Source: Octopus vulgaris (lineage: Eukaryota). Taken from it: DNA of 64,000 nucleotides. The stretch spans positions 78,182,001-78,246,000 of the forward strand of contig OX597831.1 of NCBI GenBank assembly GCA_951406725.2. The letters are read 5' to 3'. Numbering within the stretch: the stretch's first letter is position 1; every line of letters begins with the position of its first letter. Positions 13,500-27,589 of the stretch are shown here, piece by piece. The notes beneath the pieces were generated by a model, which saw only the letters and a list, made by a program, of their open reading frames with translations, ran no database searches and was not told where the DNA came from. Both the position numbers and the translations under genes were made by a program.

Positions 13500-14000
13500 A
13501 TATATAATTCCAAAACCATGGAACTAGAACGCAAGTGACCCCAATAAAAAGACGGGCCGGAAAAAACAAGGACGGGTCATTTGCAGTCTCCTCTCGTCAG
13601 TGAAGTTACCAAATTATCCTTACAGTTTCGGGCAGTTACACTTGACACTTTTCAAATCTGGCTGTTCCCAAAGAGCATTAAATTTTGGGGGAGAAAGTAA
13701 GCAAAAGTTTATGACCACAAAGGCAAAAGAACGGAGAACAGGTTACCCAAATACAAATACAAACGAGAAAATAACAACAGGTGTCTTTCGACTAATAAGA
13801 ACTCAACAAGTTAGGCTGACGTGTGTAGAGTGAAAGCTTGAAGCAGGAACACAGGAGATGAACATTAGAGATGAAAGTCAAGAGACAAGAATACAAGAGA
13901 TGCTTCACGGCCGGCAGTTGAGTCAAGAAAGAAAGATCATGCCTGACCGAACACCGGTCACGTGGAAGGAAAAATAAGAGGTAGGGAGCAGAAGGATTTT
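13500..14000 (-). mobile_element. Diverged PLE-like remnant of the permuted-HHR family
   Basis: Colinear with 877-1400 (ACAACAGGTGTCTTTCGACTAA, GTCACGTGGA); CTGACGA and GAAA on the minus strand at 13580-13670. Confidence 0.55.
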
Positions 14001-14154
14001 CTCTGCCCCGAACATCTCTTAAAAGTACAACACGCAGCCCGGTTCGGGAATCGAACTCATTACCTCATGATTGTGAGCCGACGCTCTAACTCCTCAGCCA
14101 TGCGCTTTCACATGAAAATAAAGTAACTAAGTATGTATGTACGTATGTATGTAT

Positions 14155-14520
14155 GTCAGGTCACTTTCGAGTGCTACTGGTAACATGTAACCCAGTACAA
14201 CCTGTTGCATGGTCGGGTCGTCGGCGACTAAACCGGCAACCCCACCAACCTTGCTTGGTGAGGAGGGTGTTTATTGGACACCCTGCGGGATGAAAAACAA
14301 AACCCGTCAAAGGGCGGAGGAACTCTTGAGAGTCAACGGCCATCCAATAAATGTCTTAAGGCTGTATTATGCGCGGGGACACAGAAATAATCGGACTGAA
14401 TACCCGATCGCGCGGTTAAACCATTAGGAGTGAAGGACTCCTAGCCTTTGTTTGGGCATCCTTCTAGGAGAAGGTAACTCAGGTAACTGGGATAACTTGG
14501 ACATAAATCTGCGGCTCAGT
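14155..14520 (+). mobile_element. Possible RTE-like LINE 5' region fragment
   Basis: GC-richer island with TCTAGGAGAAGGTAACTC, reminiscent of RTE 5' UTRs; a similar island lies at 15085-15400; recalled resemblance only. Confidence 0.3.
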
Positions 14521-14722
14521 GGTTACCGATGATGTTGACTTGTTCTTCTTTTCGGATTATGGCTGCTGTTGCTTAGTGAGTGGGATTGACTCAGTGCACA
14601 GCCTTTCCTCACTTTAAAAAAATCTTCTTGCATAGGCATTGCACAATAACAACATTGTTCATGATTGTTGATGGTGCTGTGAGTCTCAACTGAAGGGCTG
14701 GCTGTAGCCTTAAAAAGCAAAT

Positions 14723-14802
14723 AAAAGTCACATTCTATCACAGCACCAATAACAGTTAAGCTTCGTGCAATAGCCATACTCGATAACGAGAGGCAGCCAT
14801 CA
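14723..14802 (+). mobile_element. RTE-like LINE extreme 3' end
   Basis: Reverse complement match to 62700-62780 (AAAAGTCACATTC...AAGCTTCGTGCAAT...AGCCATCA), followed by a microsatellite tail. Confidence 0.75.
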
Positions 14803-16070
14803 TGTATGTATGTGTGTATATATATGTATGTAGCTGTTTTCTTGGTTCTTAGTTCCGAATTCCTGGCGCTATGATTTTGAAAAATGATATCACAAAATGT
14901 AATAAGTTCTTTTTCATATTGTGTAGAAAATGAGACGATGTACATAGCTTTCATTTTTCCGTCTCAAAATACTGTCGTTAATCTGGTTTGTATATATATC
15001 TGGTTGTTAATTTGGTTTGTATATATATATATATATAAATACAATATACAAAGGTAGTGGGTAGCAATTTTCTTTACTACTTCAGCGAGTGGCGACCCTG
15101 CCTGACACGAGTCCCGGGCTCAGCTGGCTCCGGCTGACAGTACCCGGTATGGGTCCCTATCCAGGGTTACAGAAAGGAGACAACCTTCAAAGAAATCCAG
15201 AGTGGAGCCCCGTAGGCTGTTTAGTATACGACTCGACACTCTTCCAGCAACCCCTGCAACCAAGCTGGTGCCAAACGTAATGCTCTGCACGTCTTTGGAC
15301 TACGTCAGCAAGGTCGAGAGATGAATCCTGAGAATTGGGCTTCCCAGGATTTTCTTACATCTAGCCCAGGCCTGCGCAAAACTGGAGAGGACATGAAATG
15401 TGAAAACCAGACTTTCAAATTGTGACCATCCAGTGATATATTTTTTGTCATACAAATAGCGTATTTATAAAGTGATCAGATGATGAAATTCAGTCAAACA
15501 GCGACCTGTGTATATTTCTGAATAGCCTGCGAACGGAACATCACCTTGGACCTTTTTAGTACTGCTGCCTACCTGTTGATGAAGTATGCTTCAGGCGGCT
15601 CGCTTTTTGTCGAAAGATGTTGCCCATGTCATATCAAATGATTTCTTCCATATCGAAGTCGTTAATGTGACAGTTAAAGAAATTTTTAGCTGTTCTTTCT
15701 AGAATAACAGGTCACCATATAGGGACTTCCTCGTTTGCTCATCTCGTCACTTGTTTGTACATGTGTGGGTGTATAGGTGTCGTGTCGTGTCTGTACCTAT
15801 CTGTGTGTATTGTGCTTCGTGATTTCCTCCCTTTTGTAGTTCAACAGATTAAATAAAACACATCTTTGTACGAACAGCGACTATCACAACCGTTTTATTA
15901 ACTCCGTTTCCGATTTTATACTATTTTTAAACGACACCTACATAGAAATAAATATACGTATGTATATAAATATAAATAAATGAACAGCAATATCCCAATA
16001 ACCTGTAATATTATCAACTTCCTAATTAATTCACCTTCAGCCTATTTCAAAATGTGAGGAATCCTGTTGA

Positions 16071-16143
<73 letters not shown>

Positions 16144-16660
16144 CACACAAAACTTAACATATATATAAAACTAAATATATAAGAAATAAATTTTTTTTTT
16201 AGATAATACATCCAATAAAAACAACCTTAAACAGTTAATAAAAGAATACCAAAACAAACTAAAAAGACAGAACAAACATCAAATGTTACATAGAAAATGT
16301 CGGGAAAAGAAGTAGAGAAACAAAACAAGAATTCAACAAGCAAAATAACAAAATTCATTTATGGACAAAATGGCTGACGTATCAAATAAAATAAATAAGG
16401 GAACAAAAAAAAAAAGCGGAACCTCTAATATGACGTCATCGGAATGTAGAAAACCCACACAGGCAGTTGTAAAATTATCTCTTTATTTTCTCTTGTTTTG
16501 TTTAGTTTTATTTTATTTTTATGTTATTTCGTGTTATTTTATGTTATACTTTTCTCGTCTTTGTCTTTGTTCCTTTCTTTCTGACTTGTCTATCGTTCTC
16601 ATCCTTTTCCCACAGCCTTTCCTTTCTTCCTCACTCGCTAATTTCCGTTTACATTATGTA

Positions 16661-16745
<85 letters not shown>

Positions 16746-16793
16746 TATGGGTGTGTGTACGTATATGTATACATACATATGTATATACACACA

Positions 16794-16865
<72 letters not shown>

Positions 16866-16911
16866 CATGTATGTATGTAGACATGTATGCATATATGTAT
16901 ACATGTATATA

Positions 16912-17140
16912 AGGCGACGAGCAGGCAGAGTTGCTAGAGCGTCGGAAAGAATGCTTTGCGGTATTTCCTCTCGCCTTTTACGTTCTGAGTTCAAATGACA
17001 ACGAGGTCAATTTTTGCCTTTCATTGTTCGGGACCGATAAAATAGAGTACGTTAAGTACATCTCTCATGATGAGATGGATAACATCGACTCGCCCATTTT
17101 TCTCAACCTTACTGGGCTTGTGCTAAAAGTAGAAAGTTCA
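16912..17140 (+). mobile_element. SINE family C, degraded
   Basis: AAGGCGACGAGC...TTACGTTCTGAGTTCAAAT...TTTGCCTTTCAT. Confidence 0.75.
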
Positions 17141-17161
17141 TTATAAAAACGCACACACATG

Positions 17162-17232
<71 letters not shown>

Positions 17233-17254
17233 ATATCAATCTATCTATCCATCC

Positions 17255-17309
<55 letters not shown>

Positions 17310-17335
17310 CATCCATCCATCTATCCATCCATCTT

Positions 17336-17366
<31 letters not shown>

Positions 17367-18515
17367 CCCATAAATAATGCGGTTTTTCAATTGCATCAAC
17401 TAAAAGTGGAGATGGACAGGATAAACTGCCTGCATCAACTTGCTATAAAACCAGGTGGTAATTTTACCTTGACTTATTCTTAGTGCAAGTTTTGAAGAGT
17501 GCAGTTCGATTTTAACAGTTATTTTCTCAAAGTTATAATAGAAGTGTCAAAGGAGCCTACTCGGAATGTTTTGCTTTATGATAAAGACACCAGCACAATT
17601 AAGGTGTGAGGAATATTAATGCAGTATATGGGGATTGGACATAAGCGTAAGCCAGCGTCAACGGTGGTTCCAGAAATTCCGAGTCGGAAACTACAGCCTA
17701 GAAGACGGGCCACGTCCTGGAAGATCTGTAGAGCTCGACGAGGACGTCCTGCAAAACCTGGTGGAACAAAATCCAATCGTAACTGTTTAGGAGCAAGCAG
17801 AGAAGCTTTGATTTGGTCATTCTACCATTTATCGACATGTATGTCATCGGAAAAGTCAGCAAATTGAGTCAATGGGTTCCTCACAAACTTTCCGAGTATA
17901 ATCGTGCGCTGAAAGTGAACGTGTGCTCGTCTTCGCTGTCGCGTCTCACGAATGAACCTTTTCTGGACCGAATAGTGACTGGTAACGAAAAATGGGCTCT
18001 CTATAAAAATGTCAAGCGCGGAACACAGTGGGAGAAACACCGGCACCCTAGGTTAAAGAAGGTCTTCACCCACGTAAGATGTTGTTATTTGTTTGGTGGG
18101 ATATGAAAGGTTAAGTCCACTTTGAACTTTTAAACCCAAACCAAACGATAATTCAGATCTACTGCGAACATCTTGAGCCCTGGAAGAAGAACGGCCATCT
18201 TTGGTTTCAAGATGAAAGGTGTTCTTCCATCAGGATAATGCTCAGCCACATACAGCAAGGATGACATTCGAAAGGCTGGAGCAGTTTCAATGGGAAACGA
18301 TGCCCCACCCACCATATTCGCCGGACATTGCCCCATTTGATTATCATTTATTCCGCAGTCCTCAAAATCATTGGGACGGAAAAGAAATGAATTCTGTGGG
18401 GAAGGTCAGAAAAGTATTGGAGGAGTATTTTTCACCATGGACAAGTGAATTTTGAAAGAGAGGCCTTGCAAGTCTACCAGATAAGATCGAAGAGCATTGC
18501 AGAAAATGAAGGAGT
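17367..18515 (+). pseudogene. Decayed mariner (D,D34D) transposon
   Basis: Frameshifted motifs WVPHKL, DRIVTGNEKW, FHQDNAQPH and HPPYSPDIAPFDYHLF; 5' TIR remnant CCCATAAATAATGCGGTTTTT; 3' end lost in (GT)n. Confidence 0.93.
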
Positions 18516-18953
18516 GTGTGTGTGTGTGTGTGTACTCCGAAATGCACGCACGCTCATGATATTTACCAAAGAGTGGTGAATTAGTACAATCGTTGTGCAT
18601 CGGATAATATACTGTTGATATTTGTTGCGGATCATTGCTCTCTGAGTTCAAATCACATTAGTGCCAAACTCGCTTTCCCCGCTTGCTGATATTCACTAAG
18701 TGGAACTGCGACGGATTGGCAATAAAGGAAAATGATAATAGAAGTTCTCTCAAGGCCTCGGGATGGCTCACGGCAATCAACGTTTTCTGGAATACTATTT
18801 CTTACTGCAAACACATGCACGCAGACAAGCAAGTAGTTAGGTAGTTAGACCAGTGAGTGTATGTGTGTAAGCATTTATTCATACACACACACACATACAT
18901 ACACATGCAATCACAGTGCCCTGCATACATATACCAACAACCAGTTAATATAT

Positions 18954-18989
<36 letters not shown>

Positions 18990-19089
18990 GCACATATACA
19001 TTGTGATGAATAGCTATATCGATAGAGAGAGAAGGGGGGTAAAAGAGAAAGTGAGGGAGAGACAAGATACGTAGTTATTTTAAATTTTA

Positions 19090-19525
19090 TAAATACCTAA
19101 TTCATTTAGTCTTTCGATTTCCTGCACAAAAACCGAAATAATAATCTCTTGAGCTACCTTATCTTGGAGTACTGCTGTGATTTCGGCTTCGTAAACAACT
19201 GAGTTTATCTCTGACGACTGATCGAGCGTCTATCAAATAAAAAAATCTTCCTGTTTTTGTGGTTTATTGGGAAATGCTTATTTAATAATGCCGGGAATTC
19301 CTTCCTTATATTGCTTTTGACATTTAAGGGGAAAGGTGCGGAGTGAACCATATTTTCCAAGGTCTATTTTAGGCTTCATATTTTTAGCTGAAAGGTTATA
19401 TATCTTATCTGTGAAGCCGCTGTTAGCTAGGGCATTGTTATAGTAGGGGGCTGCTTTATCAAATATTGCATTTGAAGAGAATAGATTAGATAACCCATTA
19501 CTGATGTTGGCTATCCTATCATGTT
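19090..19525 (-). pseudogene. Penelope-like element ORF fragment (RT C-terminus, linker, start of GIY-YIG)
   Basis: Frameshifted peptides LSNLFSSNAIFDKAAPYYNNALANSGF, VKSNIRKEFPALLNKHFPINHKNRKIF and NSVVYEAEIT are typical of PLE ORFs. Confidence 0.75.
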
Positions 19526-19534
19526 TACAGAACT

Positions 19535-19604
<70 letters not shown>

Positions 19605-19626
19605 ATGAAAAGGAACACACGAGTTG

Positions 19627-20607
<981 letters not shown>

Positions 20608-20994
20608 CTTCTCATTCTGTTGAAGCTAGGATTTATATGAGCGTAAGTTCAAACCCAGGGAAACGCCTAAGAAACAAATTTGGGATAAATTAGTAATTTT
20701 GAGTCCTAATTGACTAAAGATATATAGATATATGGGGGTTTTTTTCCACTAAATTTCTTACATATTCTCATAGAGCAACGACCTGATTTTCGAATGGGAC
20801 TAATGCTATGCACTGAGCCTGAAAGAGTGCTTCGAGATACATTGCATGGAAATATAACAGTTCTTTCTTCAATTCTGTGTGCGTTAAATGATATTTATCT
20901 TTCACGAGATGGAGTACGTTTTTGCTGATCCTACCTTTTATGGAACAGTAGACTATATATACATACATACATACATACATACTTACATACACCC

Positions 20995-21265
20995 GCTGTT
21001 TTTGTCCTGTTATTACTATTATTGTTTTTTGTATTTATATTCGTGTGGCATCGTCCGTTTTTCTGTCCTAGTTTCGTATACATTCGATCCTTTTTCCAAG
21101 ATTTCTAATGCTCGTAGCTTAGTTTTTCCTTGGGGCTGGCCGGATCGGAGCGATCTCAAGATTAATCAGCCGAAATTGCGAGGATGATCCGGTTCTTGAC
21201 TGAAGATTGTGTCGTCTCTTTGAGTGTTTTGCGTTCTTGTCCCATTTTGTATTTTTATATATATT
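20995..21265 (+). mobile_element. PLE-like remnant carrying permuted hammerhead-like motif
   Basis: Motif at 21134-21206; homologous to 30575-30870 and to the reverse complement of 877-1150. Confidence 0.6.
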
Positions 21266-22388
21266 TTTTTATACATATATATATATATATACAAACACGC
21301 AAAGAAAGAGAGAGAGTAGGAATAGATATTTGTCTTCGAATTTACAGATGTATATATTTATTTTGTCTTTTGTTTGTGTTTAATACTAAATTTCAAACTA
21401 CCGCATATATGTGTGTGAGTTGGTGTGCGTGTGTATTTATGTGTGTGTTTATGTGTTTGTGTTTATGTATGTATACATGTATGTTTATATATGAATATAT
21501 ATATGTATGTGTATATATATATTTATGTATATATACATACACATGTACATATACATACAAATATATGTATACATGCATGTATGTATGTATGTATGTATGT
21601 ATGTACGTATGTATGTATGTATGTATGTATGTATGTATGTATGTATATACGTATATATGTATGCATGCATGCATGTATGTATGTATGTATGTATGTATGT
21701 ATGTATACGTACAAGACAGAGATAAACATTTATTTTCAATTTTACAGATATATACAATTCTTTTCTTTGTGCTTTGTTAATACATTTTAAACTTATATAT
21801 ATGTGTGTGTATGTATGTATATATATGTGTGTATATATAATGTATATACATACATACTCGCATGCACGCACACACACATATACACACAAAAGTGTTCCTT
21901 AGCAAGTATATGTATATATACATAAATATGTATGTATAGATACATACATATTTGTATGAGTGGATTCTTTTCTCATTAATATTTGTAAAATGTCTCGTAT
22001 TTAACATAATTTCCTCCTCTCCATAATTAAATTCGTAACTCTTATATTCTTTCCTCTTTTCCTAGACATTCTGGCTCGAATACTCACTCCCACCGCCAAA
22101 ACACTTTTATAAGTTCTTTTTCTTCTTCCATTTTAATATTCGTTCCAACCTCAGTGCATTTGATTTTTCTCGTCGTTACAACCCCACCCTTTTCGTAGGA
22201 AGAGTTAATCATATAGACCCCCACCATACCTTTTCTATTAAAAATTATGTTCTATTATTCTGTCACCTCACCTCCCCGTATACAGGTTTGTTAGTCTTGT
22301 ATTCTTTCTCTTTTCTAGTAGTGCTTATACTTCTAGTCTTTCTCCTTTTTTGTAAGACGTTTCGTTTTAGCACTTTTCGCAGTGTGTA

Positions 22389-23590
22389 AGGCGGCGACCT
22401 GGCAGAATCGTTAGCACGCCGGGCGAAATTCTTAGCGCTATTTCGTCTGCCGTTACGTTCTGAGTTCAAATTCCACCGAGGTCGACTTTGTCTTTCATCC
22501 TTTTGGGGTCGATAAATTAAGTACCAGTTACGCACTGGGGTCGATATAATCGACTTAATACCTAAGTCTGTCCTTCTTTGTCCCCTCTATGTTAAGCCCC
22601 TTGTGAGTAATAAATAAATAGGTATTTCGTCAGCCGCTACGTTCTGAGTTCAAATTCCGCCGAGGTCGACTTTGCCTTTCATTCTTTCGGGGTCGATTAA
22701 ATAAATACCAGTTACGCACTGGGATCGATATAATCGACTTAATCCATTTGTCTGTCCTTGTTTGTCCTCTCTGTATTTAGCCCCTTGTGGGTAGTAAAGA
22801 AATAGGTATTTCATCTGTCTTTACGTTCCGAGTTCAAATTCCACCGAGGTCGACTTTGCCTTTCATCCCTTTGTGGTCGATAAATTAAGTGCCAGTTTCG
22901 TACTGGGTTCGATCTTATCCACTGTACCCCTCCCCCACAATTTCGGGCCTTCTGCCTAGAGTTTAAAAAAATCGTTAGCACGACGGGCTAAATGCTTTCA
23001 GCATTTCTTCTATCCAGCTTTACGTTCTGAGTTCAAATTCCACAGAAGCCAACTTTATTTTACATCATTTCGGGGTCGATAGAATAAGTACTTGCTTACC
23101 TCTGGGGGTCGATGTAATCCTTGAAACTGCTGGCCGTGTGCCAAAATTAGAAAGCAGTATTTTTGCTGTGTGTGTAAGGTGGCTAGCTAGCGGGATCGTT
23201 AGCACGCCGGATAAAATGCTTAACGTCATTTCGTCCGTCTTTACATTCTGAGCTTAAATTCCGCCGAGGACGACTTTGCTTTTCACACATTCGAATTCGA
23301 CAAAATAAGTTCCTATGGGTATTTATATCAGCGACCATTGTTGTCAATGAAATCGCCTTGACTCCCTTCAGCTAAAATTTCAAACCTTGTGCCTAAAGTA
23401 CAAAGGCCTATTAAGGCGACGACCTGCCAACCTTTTGGCGCGTTGGACAAAATGCTTAACTGCATTTCTTTCGGTTTTTGATCTCAAATTTGCTATTTAT
23501 CTTTTGAGGGTCGATAACAAGAAGTACCGGTCAAGTTTTGGGTCCCGTAAAATCGACCAGCCCCTCACCACCCGGAATTTTCAGGCTTTA
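22389..23590 (+). mobile_element. Cluster/concatemer of SINE family C (about 6 units)
   Basis: Repeated GTTCTGAGTTCAAATTCCGCCGAGGTCGACTTTGCCTTTCATCCTTTCGGGGTCGATAAATTAAGTACC; head-less units of about 185 bp joined at 22621 and 22806. Confidence 0.92.
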
Positions 23591-24399
23591 TTCCTCGGAT
23601 TATCATTGCTGATATTAGTGTAAATAACGATGTTGTTGCTATTGGTGTTCGTGTTTTCTTTAGCTGCACTGTTATCGTTTTGTACTTTATTTTTTCGTCA
23701 AGGTAAAATGCAGGGTCCATGACCCGTTATGAATCCACCAAGACGGATTGGAGGGAAGGAGGAAGGTCCTCTCAAACAGCAAGCAGGACGTTTGCAGCGG
23801 AGTGGAGTTCACTAAAGCTACAGAAGGTGCCTGGTGGTTTGTTAAACAGAACCGTATATTAACTCACCCACCCAAGTGGTACAGGGCGAGATTTGAACTC
23901 AGAATGCAAACAGCCGGAACAAATAATACAAGGCATCCAGCCTGAGCTCTTACAGTCCTAGGAATTCATCGCCAGAGATGAGTATTTTTTTTTTTAATGA
24001 CTCAGAATAGTTGACAAGTAAATTTGACCTCGTTTGGTTTTAACCTCAGCGCTCAAAGAGTCGGAATTGTTCTTGTTATGTTGCTACTGCTGTTGTTGTT
24101 GTTGTCGTGGCGGTGGCAGTAGTGGTAGAGGTGGTGGATGGTGGTGGTGGTGGTGGTGGTGGTGGTGGTGGTGGTGGTGATGGTGATGTTGATGTTGGTA
24201 TACAGAAGGTCAGCCATACATTATTATTCAACAAACGCTGCGTTGGTCCTACTCGAACTTGATTCTCGAGCAACGATCGAGTCTCCAACAGAGCTATCAT
24301 ACTTTTCTGCTTGATATGGTTGTTGTTGTTGCTGTTGTTTTTATAGTTGTTACTACTATTGCGGATACTATCTTTTTTTTGCATGGAGTCACTGTTTTC

Positions 24400-24484
<85 letters not shown>

Positions 24485-24490
24485 TATTAC

Positions 24491-24536
<46 letters not shown>

Positions 24537-24538
<2 letters not shown>

Positions 24539-24926
24539 GACGGCAGATTCGTTAGCACGTTGGACGAAATGCTTAGCAGTATTTCGTCTGCCGCTACGTT
24601 CTGAGTTCAAATTCCGCCGAGGCCGACCTTGCCTTTCATCCTTTCGGGGTCGATAAATTAAGTACCAGGTACGCATTGGTGTCGATATAATCGACTTAAT
24701 CCGTTTGTCTGTCCTTGCTTGTCCTCTCTGTGTTTAGCCCCTTGTGGGTAGTAAAGAAATAGGTATTTCGTCTGTCTTTTTGTTCTGAGATCAAATTCCG
24801 CCGAGGTCAACATTGCCTTTCATCCTTTCGGATTCTATAAATTAAGTACCCGCTGCGTACTGCGGTCGATCTAATCGTTTGGCCCCCAACCCCAAAACTT
24901 TTGGGCCTTGTGCCTAAATTAGAAAA

Positions 24927-24987
<61 letters not shown>

Positions 24988-25226
24988 GTTGTTGTTGATG
25001 TTGTTGTTGTTGCTGTTGTTGATATTAAGACGGCAGATTCGTTAGCATACCGAGCAAAATGCTTAAAAGCATTTCGTCCGTCGTTCTTAGTTCAAATTCC
25101 ACCGAGGTCGAGTTTGCTTTTCATCCTTTCAGAGTCGATAAATTAAGTACCTGTGAAAGACTGGGGTCGATATAATCGACTTAACCCCTCCTCAAAATTT
25201 CAGCCCTTTAATTGAAACGATTATTA

Positions 25227-25264
<38 letters not shown>

Positions 25265-25478
25265 GGTGACGTGCTGGTAGAATCGTTAGCACGTCGGACG
25301 AAATGCTTAGCAGTATTTCGTCTGTCTTTATGTTCTGAGTTCAAATTCCGCCGAGGTCGACTTGCCTTTCACCCTTTCTGGGTCGATAATTTAAGTACCA
25401 GTTGTGTATCGGGGTCGATCTAATTGACTGGCCTCCTCTCTAAAATTTTCGGCCCTTGTACCTAGAGAAGAAAAGAAT
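24537..25478 (+). mobile_element. SINE family C copies separated by (ATT)n
   Basis: Copies at about 24537-24925 (dimer), 25027-25220 and 25263-25478. Confidence 0.9.
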
Positions 25479-25705
25479 ATTTAGTCCCAGCACAGCTCCG
25501 ACTTAGAAGACCATTAAGCTAAGACTTTCTAACCATGCCCATCACTTTTTCCATTTCATTTTTTTTTTCTGTGAAAAGCCAAACCAAGATCACGTTATGC
25601 TAATGCTGTGTGGCGCGATTTGAAGATTTGTCTGCTGTTTTAGGTGGTCAACCGACCACATAGAGGAAACCTCGCTTCATCATTGTTGCCGGTCTTTGTT
25701 GAGGA

Positions 25706-25776
<71 letters not shown>

Positions 25777-25955
25777 CTACTGCTGCTGCTGCTGCTTTTG
25801 TAATATTATGTTACGTGTTTATACAATATCAGTTTTTTTTGTTTTACTTTTAAGCCCCATGTTTTATTATCGAAATGACATTTGAAGCAGCGAAATAGTA
25901 AACCATGTAGTAACCATGTATTCATGTAGCAACGGCAACAGCAGCAGCAGCCGCC

Positions 25956-26145
25956 GTCCAAGAATTTGGACCTGGAGATCTCCATTTCCAGCGACTCCGA
26001 GGGTCACCTCCCAGTGGTGTCGGGCGTCAACGAAGAGCCCCCGACTACAACAAGACGACCAAAGTTTTTTTTTCCAAGGTCTGGGGTCTCCCGCCCCCAG
26101 GCCCTAGACCATCACCTAATCACCCTTACCCGTCTTGTTGCTTAA
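25956..26145 (+). repeat. GC-rich 190-bp interspersed repeat flanked by (CAG)n, copy 1
   Basis: Reverse complement of 36051-36240, roughly 90% identical by eye. Confidence 0.85.
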
Positions 26146-26151
26146 CAACAA

Positions 26152-26208
<57 letters not shown>

Positions 26209-26488
26209 GCGTTCTTCGCTGGTGACTGGTGGCTGTGGGAGGAATTCCGATAATCTTTTTATCATTAGTGTTATTATTTCATTTGACGTAATGGTTTGGA
26301 TTATAAATAACGAAACACAAGCGTTGGTGGTGGTCGTGGACGTACACCGTAAGATAGAGGCATTAAAAGTTAGACAGGAGGAGGAGAGGTGGAGAAAGAG
26401 GAGAAGGTGAGAGAATGAATGAATGAGTGAATGAAATAAAATTCCAATGAAAGATTGGATAAAGCAAACAGTAAATTAATGAATGAAT

Positions 26489-26527
<39 letters not shown>

Positions 26528-26659
26528 AGAAGAAAAAGGGAGAGAAAGACAGAAAGAGACAGAAAGAAAAAAAGAATGAATGAGTGAATGAGTGAATGAG
26601 TGAATGAAAGAAAGAATGAAAGAATGAGTGAATGAATGAATGAATGAATGAAAGTGTGA

Positions 26660-26695
<36 letters not shown>

Positions 26696-27109
26696 AATAA
26701 GAGGAAAACCTCATCTGAGGCTGGAACAGTTCCACTTTCTCAAAACAAAAAAAATAGCTGACTGATGTCTCTAAAGACCAGTCACACCAAATATGAATAT
26801 TTTGCACCTCTTTAATAAATGATCAACAGAAATCTTAGAAGGTAAAAGGTAGAAAGAAACACCAGAAGGTATTTTGTTCGACGCTCTGACGATTCCGCAA
26901 TAAGAAACAGAATATTGGTTTATAATTTAAAAACAGGACCAGCAAGGTCGGGGGATGGGGAGGTACATTGACCCCAGCGCTCAACTGGTACTTATTTTAT
27001 CGACCCCGAAGGCACGAAAAGCAAAATTGACCTCGATGGTGGTTTGAACTCAAAATGTAAAGAACCGGTGAAACATACTACATTTTGTCAGTTATTAGCC
27101 GATTCTTCT

Positions 27110-27390
27110 CATGATCGTAAGGTTTTGGTTTCAATTCCTGGTGGCGCCTCGTGTCATTGAGCAAGACAATTTATTTCACATTGTTCCCATCCATTCTGTT
27201 GTACCTGTAATTAATGAGGGCCAGCTTTGTCACACTCTGTGTCACGCTGAATCTTCCTGAGAACTATGTTATGGTTATGCTTGTCTATGGAATACTCAAC
27301 CACTTGCAGGTTAATTTCACGAGTAGGCTGTTCCATTGATCGAATCAACTAGAACCTTCGTCGTCGTAACCGACGGAGGACCCGTTCGTT
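27110..27390 (+). mobile_element. SINE family B variant
   Basis: Degenerate tRNA head, TTGAGCAAGACAATTTATTTCAC domain, different 3' body. Confidence 0.65.
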
Positions 27391-27589
27391 AGATCAACGT
27401 TTTTATTATTTTGTCAGCTCACTTTTTTTCATGAATTCCACTTTCAGCACCATGCCTGCAATTCTGAGATTATTGGACTCAAAGACGATATAGCCGCAAG
27501 CTCTTGACGGCTACATTTATCGATCCAGAGGATGGAGAGCAAAGGTGAAACATGGCGACTTCTGAATTCATTACGTAAAAGCCAAGACA

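Noticed and set aside
16370-16445. CRE palindrome TGACGTCA with nearby AAAATGGC; X-box-like GTTACCATGGAGAT at 7783-7796
   Set aside because: Isolated short motifs with no linked transcript evidence.
19210-19230. CTGACGA heptamer
   Set aside because: It lies antisense within the PLE coding fragment and has no matching stems.
22438-22960. Regularly spaced repeats that could suggest a CRISPR array
   Set aside because: The units are about 185-bp SINE bodies with no unique spacers, in a eukaryotic context with no cas genes.
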